Positions 51,780 through 64,000 of a DNA stretch of 64,000 bases are shown here, in pieces. This DNA comes from Pocillopora damicornis (taxonomy: Eukaryota), in the NCBI RefSeq assembly GCF_003704095.1, contig NW_020843837.1, positions 248,001 through 312,000 of the forward strand, in the 5' to 3' direction. The notes beneath the pieces are model-generated. The model ran no database searches. It saw only the letters and a list, made by a program, of their open reading frames with translations, and had not been told where the DNA came from. Position numbers and translations under genes: made by a program. How positions within the stretch are numbered: position 1 is the first letter of the stretch; the number at the start of each line of letters is the position of its first letter.

Positions 51780-51910
51780 CACGATGGTGAGAAAGAGATA
51801 AAAGCATTTTAATCCGTAAAGAGGAGTCGAACCTCAGGCCCTCAGATTTCGCGGTCCAATGCTCTGCCAACTGAATAACAGAGGACTAGATGTTGAGTTT
51901 GCCCATGTAC
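51780..51910 (-). mobile_element. Degenerate tRNA-derived SINE
   Basis: GAGGAGTCGAACCTCAG...GATTTCGCGGTCCAATGCTCTGCCAACTGA, related to 21505-21670. Confidence 0.55.
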
Positions 51911-52895
51911 TTCTCTCTTTATCTGTTTTCTTTGTGCAACTTATTTTCAGTTTGAAGATAATGGAAGAGGAGAAGGAAGTAGTAAGAACAGCACCCATAA
52001 CCAATTGCGAAATGGAACTTTGCGTCAATGTGATTTAAAGCCGAGAAACAGTAGTCAAGATGTTTGAAAATCATCACTAATGGCGACAAAATTTTAAAAG
52101 TTAATCTAAAATCTAACTGTAAATGCAGTCTCCAAAACTCTTTTGCCAATGATTCCCAGTTATGCAGTAAATGGCTTGAACTCGAGGGGAACATGTGATC
52201 GTGTAGTCTGATATTCCAGGTGAGGATAGTCCTGAGGATAGTCCTGAGGATAGTCCTATGTGGAGGTCGTCATCAAAGTCAATTGATACACCGTAGTCAG
52301 TCGAGAGGTATACGACCGGTTGGTGTATACTGATTGGTCAGTTTAGCCGTGATGTTATGAGTTATGAGACTCAAATAGTTAGTGTAATGATACCATTGAT
52401 TGCATCACCGACATGGAGAGTCACATGTAGTTGAGAAACAACAGTTTTTAATATATTATCTGGCTAGCGAAATTCATGCAAATTCATGGGGTAGAAGATT
52501 CCTTTTTGAAAAAGCATTTACAGGTTTAACATTGATTTACTACTCTCTTCCATACCATAAGTGTAGAGATTTTGATCGAAATTATCTTTAATAAGCGTTC
52601 AAAAAACAGAACTCGTTAATATTAAGGCAAAATGTGCATGTTATGTAATTAAATTATTTGTATACACACGATCGAATAAACGTCGACACATTAAAAGCAT
52701 TAGCAATGAACAATGAAAGAATTAAAACCATCCACGCTTTTCCGAAGAAAGTAATCATTATAAACGAAGATCTTCTATGAATATTGGCAAAGTAAAGCAC
52801 TGATCACGTGACTGTGCGAACATTTTCCCATAGAACTGTTGGGTCCCATGCTTCTTAGGTGTCAACATTTTTCGTAATAGAATGTAGCAAACAGA

Positions 52896-55800
52896 TTAGG
52901 TAAGACTGTGGAGTGGATGATTTATAAATAACTCATTTTTAATTTCGTCATTTGAGAGCACACGGTCAAACACCATGAGGTCGCTGAGAAACGCGTCGGT
53001 TGTTTCTCCACTATCTCTTTTCAAGCCAATGTCGTAAACAGTGTGCCCTGAATTCTTAAGATCCACTTTTGTTTCGACGGAGATATTTGCAATTTTGCTC
53101 TTCAAATGGTGTCCGTTGATGTATAGGCTACCAGTATGCTGAACTCGACTCCACGTGAATGCGACGTGACTCCATTTATTTACAGGGACAGTAGCACTGA
53201 ATAAAAATGCAAAATGAATAAAAAACAAATGTTATCAAATGATGACAGGTTTTAGCATGTAGAAAATTTCATATGGTAATGTCCGACGGCACATATTTGC
53301 TATATAGCTACGTGTTCGGTTGTGTACAGTTTCAGGCGTTATAAGAGGGGGTAAAGAGGTTATTGCGTGATATGGGGTTAAGTGATTTTAATTTTAAGTG
53401 ACCAGTGAAAATACGAAATTAAAGCCCTGCCCGCCCTACTTTACTCTCCTCTTATAATAAAAGACCATACCTGAAGGGGGTGCAGAAGTTGAGGAGACCA
53501 GTTACAACAGAAGAATCACGCCGTACATCAACACATAAACGGGCATCTGTCATAACGTCAAACCGGAACTGATGAGGGCTTGACCAATCACTGTAGATCA
53601 TTTGGCGGCTAGTTGAAATCGGAGATCTTTTGATCCAGACGGTAATACTTAAGTCAGTCTGCTGGATAGGTAACGCTGGTGTCTCAGCAAATGTGCCCGG
53701 TGTGCCGTCAAGATACAGCACAGTTCGGCCATCTTGCTCTGTAAATCTCGCTGCTCCTTTCAGACTGGATAGAATATGACAAAATGAAAGAAAAATCTGT
53801 GCATACCTCTTGATTCCGAAATCATTGGATTTTAATGGAGATTGTTTTAAGGAGGTACTTCTTGTGGGGACTAGTAGCGACCATTTTTGTACAACAACAG
53901 CGGGTCACCTTGGCGTGGCATGTGACGCAACAGCGGTCAAATTGAGCTTGACGATATTTAAGTTGGGTGGGACGATCTCTAGCGCAACTTCGACTTTCAG
54001 CATCTCCTCATTACTAAATTTGGGTGCAACCAGCCTATGTACCCAAGGGTGGCGGTGGACGAGTTTAAGGTTCCGAACGCAAGACGAATACAGATTAAAG
54101 AATCCTCAAGTCAAAATTTTTTCATGTTACACGTGACAGGGTAGCGCGAAACATTATTATGGCAAGGTGGTGCGTGTAACATCGCCTTTAAGCTCTCGGG
54201 CACCGGTAAAACAAGGAATATAAAATATTTCCAATAAACCACACTTACGTGAGCAATCTGTCTGAACCATTGAATGTCCAATGAAAAGGAAAGCCTACAA
54301 AAGAGAAACACAATTATAAAAATAAAACATTCGAAGCTTTGTTTTGAAATAGGACGATAAGTATTCGGCGTAATTGAGGGGGAAATTTTGGTGAAAAGAA
54401 TAAAAAAGAGGTTGACACTGGCTGAAAAATATATTGTTCTGGTAGTTTCGGCTACTACTGTTGCCTTCTTCAACAAAGATAAAAACGTAAATGTATAACG
54501 GCGTCCTGCTTGGTGCATGTCCACAATGTGTGATAAAACTTAATCTCGAAGGAATTTTTAACGTGTAACGATAGTTTCTAGAGTATTTTTAATGGCTCTA
54601 AAAATTCCTAATGTTATTGTATATGTTTGGTAGCTTACTGTGTTCGTTTAGAGCGTTTCTATCTCGCATGGAATGCCAAGCTTCAAGAATTAGTCTTTGT
54701 CGCCACGCCGATGACCTGTCAACAATTTCAACACTCTCCGAATCTATTTGGTGCCTGTGAAGCACTTGCTGTTTGGCCAACGAAGAGTTTTCATTCAATG
54801 TTGCTATGGCCTTTGTGTGTTGTTTCACGCGTGTTTTTAGGGCGCGTGATGTCTGACTAATGTAAACACAATCATGATCTTTACATTTGATCTTCTACAC
54901 GACTCCTCTTGAAGTCTTTTTCTCGATCTTGTCTTTTAGTTTTTTTAATATGCCTGGCTACACACCGAATATTTTGAATCGAGGAGGAGTTAGCTTGGAG
55001 AAAGAAGAGAAAATGAAAAGCAAATGGAATAGCAACTACTCGACTGCATTTCCTGATGCCAGTATCCTTGAATCAGTGTAATGAAAAATGGCCTTGTGGG
55101 ATAGGGAGTGCTTCTTTCCAAGGGAGGGCGCGGACATGAGCATGCGCGCGATACAAGGAACAGACATTTAGTTATGAGGCCGTGTTTTTTCCTACCGTGA
55201 CATGCTTTCCCGTCTGACACCTTGTCCGAAGGGCAAATGCAGGTGAAACTACCAAAGGTGTTTTGACATGTAGCACTCACATGACAGTCGTGGCGCCCCT
55301 GTAAGCATTCATCCACATCTATATTGGTTTTGAGAATGAAATGTTAGCCACACAACAATGACCAAGAGAATATAAACTAATCTCTTGCTAAAACTGCATC
55401 ACTACCTATCCCTAGATATTCCTGTGGTGAGCCAAACTTATTCTAATGTTACGATTTATCAACAAGATATTATTTTATTATTATACGTCTTCTGTAAGCC
55501 TTTGAGTGGCAAAATAGATTCTGATCTCGAGGCTTGCGTTCTAAAGCTTTTATCATACCGCGTGTACCTTCATCGCATCTTTCCCCTTGGAATCTAGGAT
55601 TCGAACAAAAACAGGAGTGACCTTCTCCATCAGCGAAACAAATCTTTTCTTCCGGGCACTGAGGTTTGCAAAAATCCTATTTGGCAAAAATGTGGAAACG
55701 GTATGGGAGCAATTATGAGTGATAATACTTGTTACATGACACAGCAACAAACGGCACGACACAGCACGTCATGGCACAGAAACAAGACGATACACGACGC

Positions 55801-57652
55801 AGCAGTACAAGACACTTCACGAAGACTCAAGCTCACACGGAAACTAATGGCATGACACGACACGACATGACACGTACGACACATTATACCACAGCACGAC
55901 GACATGACATGGCACGAAACTGCAAGGCACCTTAGGACACCATAAGGCAACACTGAATACAATAAGGGTTGCAAATAATAACAAACAATTATAGAGAATC
56001 ATTGCAAGAGAAGTCTTAAGAAAACACAGGATATCTTTCGAAGATACGTTATCCCTCCTGGAATTTGCATACATACAAAAAGCTTTCCTACTTACCGTTG
56101 AAGGATGATAGGTGAAACCTGGGCGAAACGCAAGATGATTCGCATGAAATACATGAAGAGAGCTGCTCAGCTCACATACACGTTTGCCTTGTTCAGATGG
56201 TGGACCGAGGTTGTAAGATTTGCAATCATACTGTAAAAAACATTGAATTTGACACAGATCTCCACTGTCCACAGTGAAGTTCTTGGTGATGTTTTTGTTG
56301 AAAGCACTGTCAGGATAAACGTTACCGAACTTCAGCAACCGGCAATGATCTGAAAGAAATTAATGTAACTTCTGTCGGTTAAAAATATCATCCATCATTT
56401 CGGAGGGAAGGTAAAATATAGAATAGTTAATTGCCGATATAAAAGAGACTTAAGAATAGTGAACGCTGAAAATTCAGCATGTTTTCAAACCCCAAGTTAA
56501 AAAAAGCTGACAAGGAGCTCGAGTAATTAATACCAACGTTTCCTATTTACTGTTATGGGATAAGATTCTCACAGGTGTAAATATTATAATAATTATAATT
56601 ATTCTCGACTTTGGCATGTTAGTTGAATACTCAATACACAGCACCACATCTGGCATTGAACATCTACATGAGGTCTCGCAATTTAAGCCTCGCTCAGAGC
56701 AAGCCGCTTTTGTAGTGAAGAGCGAAGGCAAAACAAAGGATAGGTAAGAGTGACCGTAAAACCGCACTTTACCCATCTCTCCCGTTTTGCAGAGGTACTT
56801 AGGATCTTTCACAGATCCTAAATTTATAGGTGCGGCCGAAAGTATTTGGGCATGCAGTCCCAACTAAAGTCCATTTTTACAGCGGTAGCAAAAAGGAATT
56901 TATCCCACCCTAATCACAGCAGCGTGGCCACTGACGAAAACAACACTTCGATGCCAAATGGAAGCAGTGATCCACAGATTAGCGAGGTGAAGAAAAATAA
57001 AAGCAATCTCTAGATGAAACAATTTCAGAGTTAAAACCCCAAATAGAAGCACGCTCTCAGCAAAATGAGCGAAATTAAGAACCATTCGTTCGCTACGTAG
57101 ATGAAGACGAAGAACGATCATATTTGCAACGCGAATGTATCACAAATCATAGTAATAAGCTCGCAATCATCGCCGAGCCGTCATGGTAGATTTATTTGTG
57201 AAATAAAAATAAAAGTCAAGAAGTGCTTTTTTTGTTTTGTTTTTCACATTTTTTGGTACGGCTAAAATGCAAGTGCGATCAACCCCTCCATTAAGAAAGA
57301 TGTTACGCTCACCGAATATGATTGCTATTGTTCGCTACGCTATGTTTTCTCGCTGACTTTGCATGATGTAATGTTAATTAAAATTGGTAATACAGAGAAA
57401 TTACCTCTAACCTCATTGTTATCTGGGTTGCAGTCTCAATTTTATCTCATGCACGCGCAACTCCCCAAATATTTTAAATATTCTCTATGTATATTAAAAA
57501 ACGTACTGATCAAATATTCTTCATTATGGCAACAAAAACTGAGTCAGACTTAGCATTTTAATTTTTGGAACATGCCGGCATAGATTTGTTATCTTACCTA
57601 ATGGGCAAACCGACTGGAAGAATGCTGTTATGAAACACAGATAAAGTTTCAT
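52896..57652 (-). CDS. Secreted PAN/apple-EGF-cbEGF-LamG(ConA-like) protein A, 393 aa; exons 57652-57598, 56349-56096, 55676-55568, 55318-55196, 54294-54249, 53764-53471, 53196-52896
   Basis: Signal peptide MKLYLCFITAFFQSVCP; PAN-like CQIQCFLQYDCKSYN...CELS; EGF exon; calcium-binding EGF DVDEC...CQNTFGSFTC; LamG-like LYLDG...ITVWIK...WSHVAFTW...LYING. All joins are GT-AG and phase-consistent. Confidence 0.88.
54438..54945 (-). mobile_element. Penelope-like element 3' fragment: GIY-YIG endonuclease remnant plus decayed hammerhead
   Basis: KDK...RGVV*KIKCKDHDCVYISQTSRALKTRVKQH...SSLA...H.ID...RLILEAWH...LP.IY; downstream TTGAAGA-A-GGCAAC(AGTA)GTAGCC-GAAAC at about 54473-54445. Confidence 0.85.
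55735..55920. repeat. Degenerate pentanucleotide microsatellite (ACACG/ACATG)
   Basis: Repeated GACAC/CACGA/CATGA units. Confidence 0.75.
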
Positions 57653-59069
57653 CTCCACAGGGCTTAAGTATCCACCATAATCTCGAGTCGATTTAGGTCT
57701 AATACAACTCTAATGCAGGCGTCTCTTTATCCTAAGCCTTTCAAAGGCTATAGTGTGGACATCGATTTCCTTGACAAAACGACTTATCTAGAGTTACGGG
57801 ACACTTCTTCTTCTTCTTTTTCGTGGCCTCTACAGTTAACCTCGTCTAACCACGCGGCACAAAGATATAGCTGGACTTACAGACGGCTTCGATGTGAGGT
57901 GACCTCACTGAACACCTCCAACTCTACTCATACATCTCTTAGGGCATATCATGTTACTTGATTAAATACAGCCTTTCGTCTTAAATAATTAATGCGGTTA
58001 TGCTTTCAAGAACCGCGATTCGGCGACGTTATTTAGATTGAAATAGAGCCCTCTATTGCTTTAACAAATTTGTGCCAATTCGGTATCGGATCAATAATAT
58101 ACGTTGTTAAAACAGCTTTTTGAAGAAAGCTGCCACCTGCAGAGTGGGTGTATAAATTATGAAAAATTTAGCAATGACTCCCTGCCATAAAATTTATCAA
58201 AGAAAATTAAATAAACAACGCGCTCAAAGAAAAAAATTATAAATCAAGCGAAACTCGAAAATGTTCAGTTCTTGAGCCGAGCTAAGCTCGAAAATTCAAA
58301 GAGCTCGTATCAGGATGTTTAGGTTGTTGTCATAAACGCTCCAACGTAATGGGTAAGAACAACGTAATCTAAGGACATCCCTTGTGTTACAACACACGAA
58401 TGAAAATACGCTACAAAATAACGACAGGGAAGCATTAAGAAGAAAATATTTGCTTCTTTAATGGTTCATTGTTACGAGTATTGTATGTCTTCGACCAATT
58501 AATCATATAAAGTAATTTACACTTTTACCTGGGGGTCCTCACGTTTTCTTTCTCATAAAATAAAGGAAAGTCACGTTTTCTCCACTAAGCCTTCTTCAGA
58601 TTTTAAACTACGTCTTCCAAAACCATATAGTTTCGGAGAAAAGCATTTATCCCGTCGCTCGTTTTCGTTTATGCTTGTTTTGTGGTTTGTATTTTTCATT
58701 TAAATCCTTGAAAATACTTAAATGGTGTTTCTGTTATCGAGCATTCTCACACTTTAAAAAAAATCTGTATAATTAGAACTCGAAACTCGAAGCCCTCCTT
58801 TGCAATTGGGTGAGGACAAAACGACACTCGTTAATAGGCCTTTTAATGCAGTCATAGCACTCTCGAAGCACGTCTAGATGTAAGAAACAGACCGCAAAGG
58901 TTCAGTTATCTCAAATAGGATTTCTTCTTTCCACAGGCAACCTATAGTAGATTCAATCTGTCATGTAAATTGCACAAATTGCCGTTTAATTTTAACTCCT
59001 TTTAAGGTAAACGAGGGGACGACAACGTTGATATTAGTTGGGATTACTCGTGAAATACTATCTTAAAAT

Positions 59070-59336
59070 CAATTTCCAATTGAGTATGTCGAAAGCAATC
59101 CGGAACTGGTTTCGTTTTGCTTTACTTCGTCATGTGATTGGTCCAGAAAACTCGCTTTACTCTTTCAACCGATCAGACGCAAAGTAAAACCAATTACGAC
59201 ATAGTTATCCATGTTTTCCCGTTTCAGGTAGTCTACTTGTTATTACTTTTATCTCTCATCAGCTTCTTGTGATATTCTCCTTTTTGCTGATTTTTTCTTG
59301 TGGTTACATTGGATTTTGGTATTACGACACTCATTC
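59070..59336. mobile_element. MITE-like dispersed repeat (fullest copy of the 12445/34526 family)
   Basis: Begins AATTGAGTATGTCG and ends CGACACTCATT (inverted termini); internal similarity to the other two copies. Confidence 0.6.
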
Positions 59337-60211
59337 TACTCTCTGCTTCACACTTGTTTTTTTCCATAGTGATAAAGATAAAGGTATGTTTACCTGGCAA
59401 AAACAGTCAGTCCGAGAGGAAGTAAATAAACTCTACATGACCAAAGTTGATTGAGCTTAACATTTGAATATTAACAAGGATTTGGTCAAAAATAACCTGA
59501 GTCTATTCTACTGGACTTAATTAGATCTCAAGGGAAGTACGAATAATAATATTGCAGTTTTACAATTATTTTGTTACTTGCTTTGTTTGGAATCACCTTG
59601 GGAATCCAATAACCTTGACGGTGCACGTGCTGGTATAGATAGCGCCTGTGGTAATTAAGAGTTTTAGACAAATCCTTTTTGACCAAATATCGAGACTGCG
59701 GTAAAACTTGTTTTGTCTATTACAGAAGGGCACGTGAACAGGAGACTACATTAAACTACTTCATTTGGGACAATCAGCTCTGCAAACCATTTCACCTATT
59801 TCTATCCTTTATCCAATTTTAGCTTGCAGTTTTACCATGAAGAGCCGACTAAGAAAGAAACGTGGAAAGGCTAGGAATTGCTTCCCTCAACCATACTTTC
59901 TAAGGATTGTCTCCCTCGTCAACTTCGCTTTAATCTTAGATCCCCCCTGTTTAGTTAGGAAGAAATCACACGGCCCAAGAAACCAAGTCTTGTTTAATAT
60001 CTGCCACTTGGTATTACATCAAAACTGCCACGTTATACAAATGCCCACCAAGTTGACACTGAAACGAGGCTACTACGGATAATTCTCGTAAAAAGGAGAG
60101 AGCAGGTATTCCTTTTTCAGAAAAATTTGCGCTGGATATATCAGGTTTTCGCACTGCGTATATCGGGTTTTTGACACAAATAGAAAGAGCCTACTTCTCT
60201 CGACCACTTTA

Positions 60212-63200
60212 TTACAGGTTGTTCCCGGGCGAGACAGAAGAGATGTAACCATGCAGGGGATTTGATTGAAACAGGTCATTTCTGATTTCAATCTCGGACA
60301 GGTCACGGTTGAAGACAATGAGATCGCTGAGGTAAGCGTGAGTTATCGCAGAATTGTCCCTTTTCAGACCAATGTCGTAAACATTATGCCCTGAATTTTT
60401 GAAGTCAAGAAGTGAATTGCTATCAGCAACGTGAAAAGCCTTCATCTGTCCGTTTATGAATATCCTCACTAAGCGGTGCACGCGACTCCAGGTTACAGCT
60501 ACGTGACTCCACACGTCTGGAGAAACACTGAAGATATAAAATGAATTTACTAACTCTTGTAACCAAGAATAGCGTAATGTGTACGTACATCAACGTCACG
60601 TTGGAATTTTTCGTGTCCGTTAATTCTTGAAGGAGGAATACTGGGGAATCTTGGGGAGAGCGAACGTACCCTACGCTATGACTGAACCCAATTTTGCAAA
60701 TAGAAAAGGAAGAAATATGGTCGAAATATTCATTTTAGGATCGTAAAAGGGGAATTTCCTGGACTTAGGTCTTGGGTGCTATCCGTTAGAGTGGAAAACG
60801 GGCGAGAATTTTCTGATAAAAGGACAAGACAATGCTCCCATCATGATGAGACAGGGCGAGCAGGACGTTTTTTCGCGGTCAAACTCTTTAGATTTGTTAA
60901 AGGGGGTATGTTTCTAAAGAGACTGTGGTGCTGCGTCGGTGGGAGAGTATAGTAGGTAATTAAGTGTTAACAACTGAGTTGAAAACGTAAATTTGCCACC
61001 GTAAATCAATCGCTCTGACGAAGGGCTAACGCTCGAAATGTCAGTTTTTTTTTTACTCTTTACAGTGGCCATGCAATTTACGTTTTCTTTAGATTTGTTG
61101 ACGAACGCATGCAATTATAGTTCACTGACCGATCTGAAAGAAGACCCCAAGCTGAGGCCAAAGTATTAATGTAGTACAAATGTTTGCTGTGGGGGTGGTG
61201 GGAAAGGGCATCTTTAAGTTTATCCTTTCTTGCTTCATATAACATCGTTGACCCCACCCCCCTCCCTCACCGTTCCCGCTTCCCCCGACAGATTTATTAC
61301 TCTTACCGATGGTGTTCGGTAACTCCAAGAGCAAATACATCGTCGATTCCGTCAACGTCTCGCCTGGCTTGAAAATGAGGACAACCACTGTCCATCATAA
61401 AGAACCTGAACTGCCATGGAAAGGACCAATCACCGTATATAGTTTGTACTGAGTCCTGAGCAAGGGGCGATACCAGTTTGATCCACACTGAAATAGTCAG
61501 GTCTGTTTGGCGGAGAGGAATAGCCGGTGTCTCTGCAAAGTTTGCTCCAGTACCATCCAGGTAAAGAACCAATCTGTTATTTTGCTCCACAAAACCGGCA
61601 CTTCCTCGCAACCTGATAAAAAAAGTTTAAAATGCTTGATTTCATCGGAATAAATCAAAGAGCAAATATAGTCTTTGCCAGCATTTCCCAAAATCAGAAG
61701 AGCAGCTTGAAAGACGGATTTTTTCATATGTTGTTTTGGTTAGCCTGGAACCACTGCTGATTAAGGAAATGGTGAATGTAAAGATTGTCATCACGGCACG
61801 TCATGCTATCACCCATTTTTTATTTCATCAGAACTAATCAAAGAGCCAAGACGATCTTTGCAAGTATTTACCAAAATCAAAAGAGAAGTTTTAGAGAAGG
61901 GTTTTTTATATTATGTATTTTTGGCTAACCTTGACTAAATTAGAAAATGGTGGATGTACAGATCAGCAAGCAAGGAGACGAAAAGTGACTTACGTTAGTA
62001 AGCTGTCCGTGCCATCTAGGGCCCAGTGGAAAGGAAAGCCTACAAAATAAAATATTTTCATTACACTGCAAATGTTCGAGAACATAAGCCAATTCTGAAT
62101 CATGCAACGCGCCTGACCTTTCCTCGTGAAAGTTTAAGCCATAAAACTGAGATAAATAATTGCAAACAACCGGTCTGTTTTGTCCAGTATTTTTTTCTTT
62201 TCGGTTAGAAATTTTTTCATCAAGGAAAGAAAATTCACTTTTCTCGGTGCTGGCACTGGACCAATTCCGTATGGCAAAGAAATCATCACCTGCACACTTG
62301 TCTCCATCCGGGACTTGGTCCGAACTACACGTGCAAATGAAACTGCCAACCGTGTTTTGGCACATGGAATTCCCGTCACAATTGTGAGTTCCCAGCGAGC
62401 ATTCATCTACATCTGCCACGAAACGTTCAAAAAGGAACGTCATATGATTGAAATGGTATAAATGCTGCCTGGGCGATATATAAAAGACTCCCTGACTGAA
62501 ACAATGAATCCATCCGGAATTGAGTTAAAATGTGGGCATAAAATTAAGAGAGCAAATGCTTTTTTTAAGATTTTTTAGAGTGGGTCGTTTTACTAAGGAA
62601 ATATTCCTTTTTATCTGAAAAACTCTCTGTATCAAATCTCTTCAATATTCAATCACTTGACAAAATTTTCAGCCTCTTTTCACGTCCAAATTTTCTGGTA
62701 AAATCGTTAGAAATGTGGTTTATCATCGCTAAAACACAACATACCTTCATCACACCTTTCTCCTCGAAATCCAGGATCAGAACAAACGCAGGAGAATCCT
62801 ACGTCATTAGGACAACAGTTTTTGTTCTCTGGGCATGGAGGTTTGCATAAATTCTAGGTTCAAGAAAACAAAGCTTGATTATCACATCAATGGAACGAAG
62901 GTAAGTAAGCCTGCATTCAATCCACCTCTTGAACTATTCAGGGGAAGTGGGATAATTCGCTAAAAAGGGTATTGTCATTAACCCCTTTCGGCTGAAGGTA
63001 AAGTTCTGACCATTGTTATTGTCGGGTTACAGAGCGCGCATGTCGTTTTAGCAGAAGCAGCTGTTTTGATGTCACAAGGTTATTTTGGCATCAACAACTG
63101 AGTTGATAACGTAAATTGGCCACCGTGAAGAGTTTCAAAGCTGACGTTTCGAGCAGACAATGGGCGAACGCTCGAAACTTCGGCTTTGAAATTCTTTACG

Positions 63201-64000
63201 GTGGCCAATTTACGTTATCAACTCAGTTAATATTACCAAATTACATTGTTATACTCTCTCACCGACGCAGCACCACAGTTTCTTCTAAAACTTACCCCAT
63301 TTATGTTTTGATGTTAGTCGGGACTGGAAGAGGAAAAGGGGAACAATAATCTATGTCTAATGTGGAGTGGACGTTTTCAGTGGTATATATGAATTACAGC
63401 CCTACTGAATTTTTCACAGAAATCTCCCTGGATTAAGGAGCTAAATCAACGAAGATAATGAAAACAAAGCGATGTGATCGGCTCAGATAGGGCCGAAGGA
63501 TTATTTCGAAAACCAGAAGTCAAATACTAAAAAAAAATGAAATGGTAGTGGAGTAATATTCGATGGTTTGACGTTTAATACAAGCAAACATTTTGCTCAT
63601 TTCTCTAGTTTTTCCTTTTCCCTACCGAGGGCTCGGAAAAGTACTGCGCAACTCGCAAAATATCCACGTGTATTAGGTGTCATAAGGTTGATATAGGTAT
63701 TCAGGACGAGTCTGAAAAGACAAAATCTGTTCTCTCCCTTGATGCTATAGTACGTTTTCCTAGGACTCATAACAATAAACTCACATCAGAAGGACGGTAA
63801 ATGAAACCAGGGCGAGACTCAAGATGGCTCACTTGAGATTCATAATGCGAGCTGCTAAGTTCGCATACACGTTTGCCTTGTTCAGAGACTGGACCGAGGT
63901 TGTAGGATTTACAGCCAGTCTGCAAATAACAACTCAGTTGACACTGAACTTCTCCGTCTACTGTGAGATTGTTTATGATGCTTTTGTTGAACGCACTGTC
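60212..64000 (-). CDS. Secreted PAN-EGF-cbEGF-LamG protein B (5'-partial); exons >64000-63785, 62853-62745, 62412-62290, 62039-61994, 61612-61307, 60527-60212
   Basis: Tandem paralog of 52896-57652 with the same exon phases and three identical exon lengths (109, 123, 46 nt); DVDECSLGTHNC, GFPFHW, LYLDG...AETPA, KNSGH.VYDIGLKRD. Confidence 0.88.
60915..61075 (+). mobile_element. Penelope-terminal-repeat-like element with the best-preserved hammerhead motif (61012-61045)
   Basis: GCT-CTGACGA-A-GGGC(TAAC)GCTC-GAAAT-GTC-AGT; flanks match the repeat family. Confidence 0.72.
63096..63298. mobile_element. Inverted pair of the same repeat family (59-bp arms 63096-63154 and 63170-63228)
   Basis: AACTGAGTTGATAACGTAAATTGGCCACCGT...GTTTCGAGC versus GCTCGAAAC...ACGGTGGCCAATTTACGTTATCAACTCAGTT, followed by ACCGACGCAGCACCACAGT. 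Confidence 0.8.

Noticed and set aside
52195-52270. (GAGGATAGTCCT)x3 as a further Penelope terminal remnant
   Set aside because: Too short and deleted to support; no ribozyme core remains.
55729-55974. Cys- or Thr-rich ORFs on both strands
   Set aside because: Products of a degenerate microsatellite in an intron.

Overview
This is eukaryotic, intron-rich genomic DNA, most likely from a stony coral (inferred from the repeat families and gene types; not verified). The main feature is a tandem pair of two-exon iodothyronine deiodinase selenoprotein genes on the minus strand (3528-4977 and 12101-16131). The ORF track cuts both at an in-frame TGA (motif NFGSCS-U-PPF). Each has a form-II SECIS in its 3' UTR, and both carry a hairpin in the coding sequence 23-24 nt after the Sec codon with a compensatory base change. 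Between them lies a candidate three-exon gene for a small precursor with a hydrophobic segment, dibasic sites and a 4-Cys peptide. The window also contains: two single-exon class A GPCRs; a multi-exon TTF1-like Myb-domain gene with a Lys-rich repeat, a dead duplicated exon and exons apparently lost in a 100-N gap; a 210-aa coiled-coil gene; two tandem PAN-EGF-cbEGF-LamG secreted-protein paralogs; LINE and Penelope fragments; tRNA-derived SINEs; MITEs; and a repeat family carrying minimal hammerhead-ribozyme motifs. All gene models were assembled by hand from GT-AG boundaries and phase consistency. Family assignments rest on recalled motifs, not database searches.
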